Positions 11,771-21,648 of a DNA stretch of 64,000 nt are shown piece after piece. The stretch is from Nitrospirota bacterium (lineage in GTDB: Bacteria; Nitrospirota; UBA9217). The notes under the pieces are model-generated. The model was not told the DNA's origin. It worked only from the letters and a program-made list of their open reading frames with translations, and made no database searches. The translations under genes and the position numbers were made by a program. The stretch is taken from positions 32,001 to 96,000 of the forward strand of contig CAVWHO010000005.1 of assembly GCA_963754875.1 (NCBI GenBank). The letters run 5' to 3'. Numbering within the stretch: the first letter of the stretch is position 1; every line of letters starts with the position of its first letter.

Positions 11771-13137
11771 TAAAACGCCTCCAGGATTTTTTCCATCTTC
11801 ATGCCCCGTGAGCCTTTGATGAGAATGACGTCCCCGGGCCCCGTCCGCTGTTTCAGCAGCTTGCCGGCGCTTTCCCGTGACTTCGCCTCGAGCACCTGTT
11901 CCCTCTTCATTCCGGCGTCCAGGGCTCCCTTTTCGACGAACGTGGCCAGCTCGCCGATCGTGATCAGGAGATCCACCTTGAACCGCGCCGCCGTGCGCCC
12001 GATTTCCCTGTGCGCTTCAGCCGACGCCTCCCCCAGTTCGAGCATGTCGCCGATGACGGCAATCGCTTTTCTGCCGGATTTGAGCGAGACGAGCGTTTTG
12101 ATCGCCGCTTCCATGGAGGCGGGATTGGCATTGTAGTAATCGGCAAGAACAGTCCTTCCCTCGATCTTCTTGATTTCGGATCGCCCGGCGACAGGCAGGA
12201 AGTCATCGAGCCCGAATTGTACGGCTTCGATCGGCACGCCCACGGCGAGCCCTGCGGCTGCCGCGGCAAGGGCGTTGTACACGTTGTGTATTCCCACGGC
12301 CCGTAGCCGGACGTTGATCCGTGTGCCCTCCGCCATAATCGTCATATCGGAATACTCATTCTCCTGCCGCACATCGGACGCCATAACGTCGGCCTTGTTG
12401 GCGATGCCGAAGGTCATGAGGCGTCCGGCGAACTTTTTTTTCAGGACGCCGAATTGTTCATCGTCGGCATTCAGCACCGCCGTTGCGTCGGACTTGAGGT
12501 TGTCGAGCAGTTCTCCTTTCGCCTCCGCAACCTTGTCCATGCTGCCGAGGAACTCAAGATGGGCCGGCCCGATGTTGGTTATCACGCCGACCGTGGGCGT
12601 GGCAAGCCTCGCAAGCGTGTCGATCTCTCCCGGCGCGCTCATACCCATCTCGATGACCCCTGCCCAATGGCTGTCGTTCATTTTCAAGAGCGTAAGTGGC
12701 ACGCCGATGTGGTTGTTCAGGTTGCCCTCGTTCTTGAGCACCGGCCCTTTTTGTTTCAGGATGGATGCGAGCATTTCTTTGGTAGTGGTCTTGCCATTCG
12801 AACCGGTGATGCCGACGACGGGGATCGTGAATTTTTCCCGGTGCAAGTGCGCCATCTCCTGGAGAGCATAGAGCGTGTCTTCCACCGGAAGGATATTCTT
12901 CAACCCGCCGAGACTTGAGAACTTGTGTTCCAGTGCGGCCCGCTCCACGAGCGCGCCCCAGGCGCCTTTTTTGATCGCATCGGGCACGAAATCATGGCCA
13001 TCAAAGCGGTCGCCCTTGAGGGCGACGAACAGTTCTCCCTCCTTGACGTTCCGGGAATCAATGGATATTCCTTTAATTTCCACGCGCTCCAACCTCCTCA
13101 GGATTTCCCCGAGCAATGTTATTTCTGATTCGTTCAT
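11770..13137 (-). CDS. murF: UDP-MurNAc-tripeptide--D-Ala-D-Ala ligase
   Basis: [38 protein letters not shown]. Confidence 0.96.
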   Translation of the reverse strand: MNESEITLLGEILRRLERVEIKGISIDSRNVKEGELFVALKGDRFDGHDFVPDAIKKGAWGALVERAALEHKFSSLGGLKNILPVEDTLYALQEMAHLHREKFTIPVVGITGSNGKTTTKEMLASILKQKGPVLKNEGNLNNHIGVPLTLLKMNDSHWAGVIEMGMSAPGEIDTLARLATPTVGVITNIGPAHLEFLGSMDKVAEAKGELLDNLKSDATAVLNADDEQFGVLKKKFAGRLMTFGIANKADVMASDVRQENEYSDMTIMAEGTRINVRLRAVGIHNVYNALAAAAAGLAVGVPIEAVQFGLDDFLPVAGRSEIKKIEGRTVLADYYNANPASMEAAIKTLVSLKSGRKAIAVIGDMLELGEASAEAHREIGRTAARFKVDLLITIGELATFVEKGALDAGMKREQVLEAKSRESAGKLLKQRTGPGDVILIKGSRGMKMEKILEAF

Positions 13138-13189
13138 TGTTCTATTTCGGGATTTCGGATTGCCGGCGCCGACAGCCATGCGCGTGCTC

Positions 13190-14741
13190 CTAATGTGCAA
13201 TCCGCAATCCGCATTCTGCATTGAGTCTGCAAATTTCTTCCCGCGCTGACTTCCCGGTCGTCAAAGTGGATCTTCTTCCTCTCCTATGATCTGGTAATCC
13301 TCATGACCTTTGCCTGCAAGGACGATAACGTCTCCGGGTTTCCCCATGCCGATGGCCGCTTTGATTGCGTCACGCCGGTCGGGGATGACCAGAAAAGGGG
13401 TCTTACCCATACGTTCCTCGCTCGCTGCATCGGGGGTCGCAACTTTCACTCCCGACGGTGCCATGCCGCCTTCTATCTCTCTGATGATCGAGAGCGGGTC
13501 CTCGGTCCTGGGATTGTCCGAGGTGATGATCACGATGTCGCTGCCCTTCACCGCGGCACGGCCCATTTTCGGCCGCTTCGTCCGATCACGGTCGCCTCCG
13601 CACCCAAAGACGGTAATGACCCGTCCCTCGGCGATCTCACGGACGGCTTCGAGCAGCCTGTTGAGGGCGTCTTCCGTGTGAGCATAATCGACGATCACGC
13701 CGAACAGGCGGCCTTCTCCGACCTTTTCCATGCGTCCGGGAACGGCCTGCATGGTCTTCACACCCTCGGCGATCGCAGTGGTCCCGACACCCAGCGCAAC
13801 GCCGATCGCAACAGCGGTCAGGATATTGTAGATGTTGTGCCTGCCCACGAGCGGTGATTCGATGGACGTCGTCCCCGACTGGCGTGGCGACATCAAACGC
13901 GAGGCCGTGAATGCCGTGGCGTATCGCTCCCACTGGGCTGCACATGGGCGCGCATTGAAAGACCGGTGGTGATGATCCTTGCGCCTTCGTCGCGGTGATG
14001 ATGTCTGCATGCCCGCGCATCGTCGATATTGACGACTGCGTATGCGCCCGGGCCGAGGTCTTTGAACAGCAGAAGCTTGGCGTCGAAATAAGCATCCATG
14101 GTTTCATGGAAGTCCAGGTGGTCCTGGGTCAGGTTCGTGAAGGCCGCAACAGCGAACGTGCATCCCAGGGTCCTGCCCAGGGCCAGCGCGTGCGACGAGA
14201 CCTCCATGATGCAGGTCCCGGCCCCGAGGTCCGTCATTTCGGACATCAGCCGCTGCAGATCGAGCGATTCCGGCGTCGTGTTCGGTGCGGGATAGACCTT
14301 GCTGCCCACGCGGTAATCGATCGTGCCGATCAGGCCAGCACTGCCGCCCGCGGCCTCGACGATGGATTTCACCAGATAGGTCGTGGTGGTCTTGCCGTTG
14401 GTCCCGGTCACGCCGACGAGCTTCAGCCGCTTCGACGGATGATTGAAAAAGGCATCGGCGAGGAGCGCAAGTGCTTTGCGCGAGTCATCGACAACGACGA
14501 CCGGCGCGCCCGCCGCTTCGGCGCCGCTCTTCTTTTCGGCAATAACGGCGATTGCTCCCTGCTTTATGGCCTGCGGAATAAACTGATGGCCGTCCGAGTG
14601 AAATCCTCGCACGGCCACGAACAGGGAACCCGGCGCCACCTTCCGGGAGTCCTGGGCAATGTCCCGTACCTCGCTCTCCAGCGCTTCGCGCGGCAGAGTT
14701 GCTTCCCCATCCAGTGCCTTCAGGAGGTCTCTAAGCTTCAC
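13190..14741 (-). CDS. murE: UDP-MurNAc-dipeptide--mDAP ligase (several frameshifts; end approximate)
   Basis: GVTGTNGKTTT, EVSSHAL, DHLDFH; DYAHT, GGDRD, DNPR, GKGHE across ORFs 13893..14741 and 13261..14010. Confidence 0.93.
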
Positions 14742-14867
14742 CGAGACAGCTCCTCTCTTTTTCTCCTCTCCCGTAACGAGGGAGACAGGGAAAAAGGCGG
14801 TGATGATGGCGGAGATGCCGATAGGTCATTTCACTCCATGCTCTTGTACGAATAACGTGAGGGCGCA

Positions 14868-16604
14868 TCACCTGGTCACCACGAGCATCCTGCCCCCCAC
14901 ATCGTCCGGCGGCACCTGCAGATAGGCGAGGCTCTGTTCCGCCACGGCCCGGAACACCGGCCCCGCCACCGTGGCGCCGTAAATATCGCCCTCCGGCGTG
15001 TCGACCATAACGAGGATCACGAGCTTCGGCGACCGGACCGGCGCGAAGCCGACGAACGAGCTGACATACTCTTTCTTCGAATATACCCCGGTCCGCTGGT
15101 CGATCTTCTGCGCCGTGCCGGTCTTGCCCGCCGCAGTGTACCCGGCCGGTTTCGCCTGCTGGCCCGTACCCATATCGACCACCCGCTTCAGCATGCCGGT
15201 CACCTTGGCGCAGGTCTCTTCGGTTATCGCGCGCCCCACGGGCCGGGGCCCGAATTTTTTTCCCGCTTCCCCGTTGCGGGCAACGATCTCCGATACGATA
15301 TAGGGCGTCATCACCGTGCCGCCGTTTGCAAGCGTACAGTACAACGAGGCCATCTGTATCGGCGTTACCCCGATCCCCTGGCCGATCGCGATCTCGCCGA
15401 TGGAAACGCCGGACCACAGCCGGCAGTCCCTGAGCAGGCCCGGGATCTCTCCGGGGAGGTCCACGCCGGTCTTCTCGCCGAAACCGAAGGCGGTGATATA
15501 CTTGTAAAACCGTTCTTTCCCGAGACGCAGCGCGACTTTGATCGTGCCCACGTTGCTCGATTCGGCAATCACGTCGGTAAAGGTAAGCACGCCGTTCTTG
15601 TGCGCGTCCTTGATCTCCCGGTCGAAAAGCTTGATGCTCCCGGCGCTGCAATCGAGCCGCTCCAGAGGGTGGACCACCCGCTCCTCCAGTGCTGCGGCGG
15701 CAAGGACCGGCTTGAAAATGGAGCCGGGCTCGAACGCGTCGGTCACTGCCCGGTTCCGCCATTCCGCCGGTTTGTAGCGCTGCGGTTCGTTCGGATTGAA
15801 CGCCGGGCGGCCGTAGCCGTTCGTCCGCACCGAGAGGGCCAGCACTTCTCCGGTCTGCGGGTTCATAACGATGCAGACCCCTCCCTTTGCATGGGAGCGG
15901 GCGAGAGTTGCATCAAGCTCCTTTTCGGCAATATGCTGGATCACCTCGTCGATGGTGAGGATGATGTCATGACCCGTCTTCGGCATTTGATACTGGAAGC
16001 CGGGACCGCCGGGAAACACCATCCTTCCCCGTGCGTCTTTTTCCGCCAGCACCCACCCGCTCACGCCGCGGAGTATTTTGTCGTACGCCCGCTCCACGCC
16101 TTCGAGGCCCGCGTTGTCAAGGCCCGTAAAACCGATAAGCGGGCCAGCGAGGGATCTGTTCGGATAGAACCTTCGCGCCTCCGGCCGGAGCTGAACCTCG
16201 TCGGAGTCCAGTTCTTTCACCTGCTCCGCCTTCGTCGGATCGATTTTCCGGCTGAGCCACACAAAATGCTTGTCGCCGTCCAACTTCCGTTCAAGCATCC
16301 TCGGGTCTTCGCGCAGAATCCGGGAAAGCCGTCGGGCCATTTCGCGGGGGTTGTCGATCTTCGAAGGAATGCCGTACACCGAATCAACGTCGAGGCTGAC
16401 GGCCAGTTCCCTGCCCATGCGGTCGAGGATGGTGCCCCGCTTGGGCTCGATGGTCATCACCTGCTCCTGCTGGCGTTCCGCCCGGGCCGCGAGCTTTGGC
16501 CGCTCGATGATCTGCAGGTATACGAGCCGCAGGGCCACGAGCGAAAAACCCAGGACCAATACGAACAATACTGCGACTATTCTCCCCCGTCGTTCCATAG
16601 GCAT
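14868..16604 (-). CDS. ftsI: Division transpeptidase PBP3
   Basis: RGTILDR, EPGSIFK (SxxK), SSN (SxN), KTGT. Confidence 0.95.
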   Translation of the reverse strand: MPMERRGRIVAVLFVLVLGFSLVALRLVYLQIIERPKLAARAERQQEQVMTIEPKRGTILDRMGRELAVSLDVDSVYGIPSKIDNPREMARRLSRILREDPRMLERKLDGDKHFVWLSRKIDPTKAEQVKELDSDEVQLRPEARRFYPNRSLAGPLIGFTGLDNAGLEGVERAYDKILRGVSGWVLAEKDARGRMVFPGGPGFQYQMPKTGHDIILTIDEVIQHIAEKELDATLARSHAKGGVCIVMNPQTGEVLALSVRTNGYGRPAFNPNEPQRYKPAEWRNRAVTDAFEPGSIFKPVLAAAALEERVVHPLERLDCSAGSIKLFDREIKDAHKNGVLTFTDVIAESSNVGTIKVALRLGKERFYKYITAFGFGEKTGVDLPGEIPGLLRDCRLWSGVSIGEIAIGQGIGVTPIQMASLYCTLANGGTVMTPYIVSEIVARNGEAGKKFGPRPVGRAITEETCAKVTGMLKRVVDMGTGQQAKPAGYTAAGKTGTAQKIDQRTGVYSKKEYVSSFVGFAPVRSPKLVILVMVDTPEGDIYGATVAGPVFRAVAEQSLAYLQVPPDDVGGRMLVVTR

Positions 16605-16934
16605 CTAGTCTTTTGCTTTTTTTCTCTTTACGATAACGATGTTTTCCTTCGCCGGCCTGATCATACCGAGACGCTTCATTGCAAGATCCTCAATCCTCGC
16701 CGGAGAGGCCAGGCTCGACGCCTCGATCCGCAAAGACCTGTTTTCGCGCTCGAGGTCCTGCTTATCGTGTTCCAGGGACTCGATCTGATACCCGAGCCGC
16801 ATGATCTTTACCTTGCCGCCGACGTACAAAAGCAGTGCGGTGACGATAAGGAGGGTAAGAACGACACGCCGGAAGCTACCGCGTCTGCTCCTCTCGAACA
16901 CCAACGACCCTATGTTGCCGACCGGCGCATGCAT
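16605..16934 (-). CDS. ftsL: Cell division protein FtsL
   Basis: Single TM plus coiled coil ending LASPARIEDLAMKRLGM; between rsmH and ftsI. Confidence 0.88.
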   Translation of the reverse strand: MHAPVGNIGSLVFERSRRGSFRRVVLTLLIVTALLLYVGGKVKIMRLGYQIESLEHDKQDLERENRSLRIEASSLASPARIEDLAMKRLGMIRPAKENIVIVKRKKAKD

Positions 16935-17043
16935 AACGATACCTCATTCTCTTCCAAATTAAAACAGCCGCAAAAAAACGGATGCGATAAAACTACGACC
17001 TTGGCTTGACGATGAAACACCGACCAATGATTTCGGTTTTTTC

Positions 17044-18069
17044 TTACGGAAGTTTCTCGGCAGCCCTGAGCTTGGCGCTCCGTGATGCCGGGTTTCTCTC
17101 CATTTCTTCGGGACCCGCAGTGACCGGACGGCCCGTCAGTATCTTGAGCACCGGTTTTTTCCCGCACGAGCAGACCGGCAGTTTCGGAGGGCAGACGCAG
17201 CCTTTGGCCTGAACGGCAAAAGCCTGTTTTACGACGCGGTCCTCGAGCGAGTGGAACGAGATCGCAGCGAACCTTCCGCCGGGTTTCAGCAGGGAAATGA
17301 TTCCGTCTACTCCCTCCCGCAACGCGCCAAGCTCGTCATTGACTGCGATACGCAGGGCCTGGAAGGTCAGTGTGGCGGGATGAATGCGCCGGGGTGGGTA
17401 GGGAGGGAACACCCCGGAGACGATTTCTGCCAGCTGGACCGTCCTCGTGATGGGTCCCCGGGCTCTCGCCCGGACAATGGCATTGGCGATGGCGCCTGCC
17501 CTGCGTTCTTCCCCGTATTCGCGGATGATCCCCGCAAGTTCGTCCCGCGAGAGATTGTTTACCAAGTCTGCCGCAGTCTGCAGCCTGCTTGTGTCCATGC
17601 GCATATCGAGCGGACCGTCCAGCATGAAACTGAAACCCCGCTCCGGCGTCCTGACGTGAAACCAGGAAATGCCGAGGTCCAGGAGCACGCCGTCGACACG
17701 ATCATATCCCAGTTCAGCCAGGACAGCGGGCAGATCCCGGTAATTCGCCTGCCTGATGATTGCCCGCTTGCCATATACCGCCAGTGCCGCTTTTGCCCGC
17801 TCGACGGCTTCGCTGTCCTGATCCAGCCCGATCAGGATGCCGTCCGGCGCCGATCGTTTCAGAATCTCCGCAGCATGACCTCCGGCTCCCAGCGTTCCGT
17901 CGACATAGACCCCGCCGGACCGCGGTGAGATCAGGTCAACGGCTTCCCGGAGCAGAACGGGAATATGTTCCAAATTCGGAATTCGGCATTCGGCATTCGG
18001 CCTGTCGCCCGAACGTGTGTCACGGTTTTTTTTCATTCCGCATTCCAAAGTCGGCATTCCACATTTCAT
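17044..18069 (-). CDS. rsmH: 16S rRNA m4C1402 methyltransferase
   Basis: HIPVLL, DGTLGAGGH, LDMRMD, FQALRIAVN, ISFHSLED; the first ~30 aa are heptamer-repeat derived, so the start is uncertain. Confidence 0.96.
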   Translation of the reverse strand: MKCGMPTLECGMKKNRDTRSGDRPNAECRIPNLEHIPVLLREAVDLISPRSGGVYVDGTLGAGGHAAEILKRSAPDGILIGLDQDSEAVERAKAALAVYGKRAIIRQANYRDLPAVLAELGYDRVDGVLLDLGISWFHVRTPERGFSFMLDGPLDMRMDTSRLQTAADLVNNLSRDELAGIIREYGEERRAGAIANAIVRARARGPITRTVQLAEIVSGVFPPYPPRRIHPATLTFQALRIAVNDELGALREGVDGIISLLKPGGRFAAISFHSLEDRVVKQAFAVQAKGCVCPPKLPVCSCGKKPVLKILTGRPVTAGPEEMERNPASRSAKLRAAEKLP

Positions 18070-18425
18070 AATCCCAGCGGGAGGTTCGTCGCCGGCTTTG
18101 TCACCCCAAAACTTTTTGCGGCCTGCTGGACCGTGTCAAAAACCTGGAACTCTTCGAGTACGCCGGTGGTGCGAAAAATATTTTTAATATAATCGGACAG
18201 TGCCGCAAGTCTCATGTCACCGCCGAATGACTGGAGGCGGCGTTTTTCTTCGACCAGTGACGGCAGGATCGTGAACTGGATGTGCTCAGCTGACTCAAAG
18301 TTGAGGATCAGACCGTACATCTCGCCCTTGATGAGCTGGCCGATTACCCGACTGATCTCCGCCATCTTCGGTGAGTCAATCTCGCCTTCAAGGTTCATCT
18401 GGTATACTTTGAGTTTTTCGTCCAT
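18066..18425 (-). CDS. STAS-domain (anti-anti-sigma-like) protein
   Basis: LEGEID, GGDMRLAALSDYIKNIFRTTG and FDTVQQA match the SpoIIAA/STAS pattern; coupled to mraZ and rsmH. Confidence 0.8.
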   Translation of the reverse strand: MDEKLKVYQMNLEGEIDSPKMAEISRVIGQLIKGEMYGLILNFESAEHIQFTILPSLVEEKRRLQSFGGDMRLAALSDYIKNIFRTTGVLEEFQVFDTVQQAAKSFGVTKPATNLPLGL

Positions 18426-18429
18426 GTCG

Positions 18430-18864
18430 TTACAGGCCCAATGCGGCGAGCGCCTCGCCGATCTTGTCGCCGTTCTGATTATTGCGCGCCTCCCACGCCT
18501 TGGCGTCCCATATTTCTATTTTGTCGATGATCCCGACAAGCATCACGTTTTTGATGATACCCGCATGTTCGCGGTGAGACGGCGGGATCAGTATCCGGCC
18601 CTGCTTATCGAGTTCGCACTCTGTGGCCGACGAAAGCAGGAAGCGCCTGAAGTCCTTGACCTCTTGCTTCATCAGAGAAAGGGTCTTAATCTTCTCCTCG
18701 AGTCGCTCCCATTCTTCGAGTGGATAGACGGTAAGACAGCGATCATAGTCCATGGCGAGGACCAGCCTGCCGTCATAACGGTCGGCGATGATATCACGAA
18801 ATTTTGAGGGCACGCTCACTCTGCCTTTGGAATCAACGGTATGCTCAAAACTGCCTCGGAACAT
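18430..18864 (-). CDS. mraZ: Transcriptional regulator MraZ
   Basis: MFRGSFEHTVDSKGRVSVP and LDKQGRILIP repeats. Confidence 0.97.
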   Translation of the reverse strand: MFRGSFEHTVDSKGRVSVPSKFRDIIADRYDGRLVLAMDYDRCLTVYPLEEWERLEEKIKTLSLMKQEVKDFRRFLLSSATECELDKQGRILIPPSHREHAGIIKNVMLVGIIDKIEIWDAKAWEARNNQNGDKIGEALAALGL

Positions 18865-18880
18865 AACCCTCCCTGGAGTA

Positions 18881-18905
18881 CCCACCGCTTCCCACTTTAT
18901 GCCAC
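18881..18905 (-). promoter_or_regulatory. MraZ operator (three GTGG[G/C] repeats, 10-bp period)
   Basis: GTGGC-ataaa-GTGGG-aagcg-GTGGG between promoter and mraZ RBS. Confidence 0.85.
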
Positions 18906-18916
18906 CTAATGGTCAA

Positions 18917-18945
18917 AGTATATATTTCATACCTGGCAATGTCAA
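18917..18945 (-). promoter_or_regulatory. sigma70 promoter of dcw operon
   Basis: TTGACA-17 bp-TATACT. Confidence 0.8.
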
Positions 18946-19038
18946 GAAAAATATTAATTTTTCAGATGTTACGTAGTGGGTAACAAGTAGTTGACCCATG
19001 CGTTTTTTGGCGTGACAAGAGCGCAATAAAAAAGTAAT

Positions 19039-19353
19039 ATGAAAAAAATGAGTACTGATTATTTCATCACTGTCAGTGACGAGCATATAAAACGTGAAAA
19101 GGCGAGGGCGCGGGATTTGCGCGATTCGCAATGGTGGAAGCGGAAACGCTCTGCGGGGATATGTTACTACTGCGGAAAAAATTTTAAACCCGCCGAGCTG
19201 ACGATGGATCATCTGATACCAATCGTGCGCGGTGGGAAGTCCGTACAGGGGAACCTTGTTCCGGCCTGCAAGGACTGCAACAACAAAAAAAAATATCTCC
19301 TCCCCACGGAATGGGAGGAGTATCTCAGCACTCTGCAAAAAGAAAAATCATAA
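19039..19353 (+). CDS. Small stand-alone HNH endonuclease-domain protein
   Basis: CYYC...TMDHLIP..RGG...NLVPACKDCNNKK. Confidence 0.88.
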   Translation: MKKMSTDYFITVSDEHIKREKARARDLRDSQWWKRKRSAGICYYCGKNFKPAELTMDHLIPIVRGGKSVQGNLVPACKDCNNKKKYLLPTEWEEYLSTLQKEKS

Positions 19354-19421
19354 CGAGATTATCCGGCATGTGAAAGCAAAATCTGCAACGCCCGTTTGTA
19401 TCACCAACCTCTGACCGATTA

Positions 19422-19958
19422 TCAGCCCACCTCCATCTCCCGAACCCAGTCCACTCTGGCAAGCTTGTTGTCATGCGACCAGTGGTAAGATACGACTCCA
19501 CGGAATGCCTTCTTGATCGCCCGACCCAACCGCTGTGCAAGCTTTTCGTTTGTCGTGCTGATCACGATACTGCCGTGGCCATTCTCCTTAATAGACATCA
19601 CCCGTTCAAGGGGATTAAAGCCGCGCGCGCGTTCTTCCTCATTTTTGACGAGGTTCAGCAGATCCTGTTTATGCGGAAGAACGTAATCCCCTTTGAGCGT
19701 CACAATACCGCCCGGGAAATTGTCGCGGATCTTGAGACAGGCCGGACAGACCATCATCACTGTCTCTGGTTTTTCAGCAACCGTCCTGTACACCTCATTG
19801 TCGGCATACCACCGTTTGTTCATGTATACTGCGCGGCATCCCCCGCACACGGAAACGCTGCGGCTTGCTCCCCGCGGCAGATAGGGATCGTTTGTGGATG
19901 ATTTCTTTTTGTATGTCTGCTTGTATGATCGCTCTACTTTTTTCCCGACAATCTTCAT
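19422..19958 (-). CDS. BCAM0308-family Zn-ribbon protein
   Basis: DPY, CGGCRAVY..KRW, CPACLKIRDNFPGG, NPLERVM, TTNEKLAQRLGRA, RVDW. Confidence 0.75.
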   Translation of the reverse strand: MKIVGKKVERSYKQTYKKKSSTNDPYLPRGASRSVSVCGGCRAVYMNKRWYADNEVYRTVAEKPETVMMVCPACLKIRDNFPGGIVTLKGDYVLPHKQDLLNLVKNEEERARGFNPLERVMSIKENGHGSIVISTTNEKLAQRLGRAIKKAFRGVVSYHWSHDNKLARVDWVREMEVG

Positions 19959-20010
19959 AGGACCGCCTCCTTCATTATCCATTATCGTCAAAACTCGCAT
20001 CGGCTTTTGT

Positions 20011-20226
20011 TTATTTCACCTTCCTCTGGATTTCGGGATACTGTTTCTTAAACTCAGGGATGTTCCGCGCAAGGAACAGTTTAAGAGCTTTGAGCTCCGC
20101 CTGGAGGTCCCTGATCTCTTCGGCCATCTCATTTTCATGCTTCTTCAGCATGTCGGCCAGATTGGAAAGAGCCTTCTCCTGGATCTTGATCCGCTCCACA
20201 CCGCCGCCATTCCCCTTGTTGATCAT
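20011..20226 (-). CDS. Small coiled-coil hypothetical protein
   Basis: 71-aa ORF with GAGG RBS, tightly packed between same-strand neighbours. Confidence 0.7.
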   Translation of the reverse strand: MINKGNGGGVERIKIQEKALSNLADMLKKHENEMAEEIRDLQAELKALKLFLARNIPEFKKQYPEIQRKVK

Positions 20227-20245
20227 AGTTCACCTCGTGGACGAT

Positions 20246-20557
20246 TTATTTTTTCAGGGTCATTCCCAGTTTCTGCTCCACCGACTCGAGTTTCTTTTCT
20301 ATCCGAAATTCTTTACCTTTGCGATCGTCAATCGTAATTGTCGTCACTGCACGCTCCGAACTGGTCATCACGACATCATGACATTTCTTCACGACTGCCA
20401 TGACGGCGTCCCACTCACCCTCAAGAACAGTTCCCATAGGATTAGCCTTGTACTGAATGCCACTTTCTGCTACGATTTTGAGTACCTTTGCAATCTGCGG
20501 ACTAATACTCACGCCTACACCAATGGGTACCACACTGAACGCTACAAGCATACTCAT
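20246..20557 (-). CDS. MTH1187/YkoF-like thiamine-binding family protein
   Basis: FSVVPIG, NPMGTVLEGEWD, IDDR, KLESVE. Confidence 0.88.
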   Translation of the reverse strand: MSMLVAFSVVPIGVGVSISPQIAKVLKIVAESGIQYKANPMGTVLEGEWDAVMAVVKKCHDVVMTSSERAVTTITIDDRKGKEFRIEKKLESVEQKLGMTLKK

Positions 20558-21153
20558 TCATCTGCTCCTTTCTCCGCTGGGTGACAACAGAATAGTACGC
20601 TGACTGCAGCAACATTATTATTCTCCCCTTACTCAAAGTATAGCCCCGCTTGCAGCCGATGTAAAGCGGGCAACAACGTGTTATTCCATCGAAAATCACG
20701 GTTGTCTGTGACATAATTTGCGCTGATTGCAAATATCTTTCCAAGACGCACAAGAACAACCATGCCTGTCAACTATCCCGAACAAAGGCCCCCTAAATGA
20801 TACGTCCCGTAAATGGAAATCCTCGGTCATTCCCCTCCTCGCTTACCTTCTTACCTTCCGCACCATTGCGTTCTTGCAGGAGCCGACATTCTCCCCGTCT
20901 GCTCGCGGTATACTTGCGGTATACTAGAATATATATTATATATGGTGAAGTCTTGACGCGCATAACCGGGAGCGTGTCCTTTCTATACGGCAAAGAGACC
21001 TTTTCCAGGCAGTTTCCTGAAATTCTTATTGCTGGATGTTGCCGCCATCTCTTTGAAAGAGCCTGCTTGAAGAGGCCCACGCTGCTACAGTTCGGCCTAC
21101 GACCATGCGGTGTTGGTTTGCCGCCATCAATGACCACACAAGGAGGTTTAACT

Positions 21154-21549
21154 ATGAAGTTGGCAATGCTCATCTTGACCATGACACTGTTCATCGTCCC
21201 AGGCCCGTTTGTGTCGTACTCGGCGGAAAATGAACGCGCAGCCTCGGCGCAGCAACTGTCGCAGGAAAAGGAAAAATACGAACGAACCATGGAAGAGCGG
21301 CTGTCGAAACTTGACAAGCAACTCGACGAGATGAAGGCCAAGGCTGCCGTTATGACGGAGCAGGCCCGCAAAGACATGAAGCGGTACCTTGCCGATGCAG
21401 AGAAGAAGCAAAAAACGGCCTCGCGGAAGCTTCAGGAAATTCGGAAAGAATCAGGCGAGAAGTGGAAAAAATTTGCTGCCGAGATGGATGCGGCAGCGGA
21501 TGATTTTGCGAAGGCCTACGAACGGGCGAAATCTCACTTTAAGGACTGA
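21154..21549 (+). CDS. Secreted helical hypothetical protein
   Basis: AGGAGG RBS, signal-peptide-like N-terminus, charged coiled coil ending ESGEKWKKF...AKSHFKD. Confidence 0.75.
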   Translation: MKLAMLILTMTLFIVPGPFVSYSAENERAASAQQLSQEKEKYERTMEERLSKLDKQLDEMKAKAAVMTEQARKDMKRYLADAEKKQKTASRKLQEIRKESGEKWKKFAAEMDAAADDFAKAYERAKSHFKD

Positions 21550-21648
21550 CCCAACCCACTGAGGCCTTTCCTAAGTAAAATCCTTGACATTTCGTCTCCC
21601 AGTTGTTAATTTACAGGTCTTGCCCGAAAAGGGGCAAGCTTTTAAAAC

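Noticed and set aside
19039..19353. HNH gene as a defence or homing nuclease
   Set aside because: Solitary 104-aa protein with no methylase, intron, array or phage context.
20696..20830. 44-aa minus-strand ORF (MTEDFHLR...CSC..C..C) with GAGGAGG upstream
   Set aside because: RBS spacing is short, no family is recognisable, and it overlaps promoter-like motifs; unsupported without homologs.
20905..20925. Tandem GCGGTATACT repeat as an operator
   Set aside because: Only two copies and no candidate regulator can be tied to it.
20797..21153. N-terminal ~120 aa of the called 250-aa ORF
   Set aside because: AT-rich promoter-like DNA; the strong RBS and signal peptide begin at 21154.
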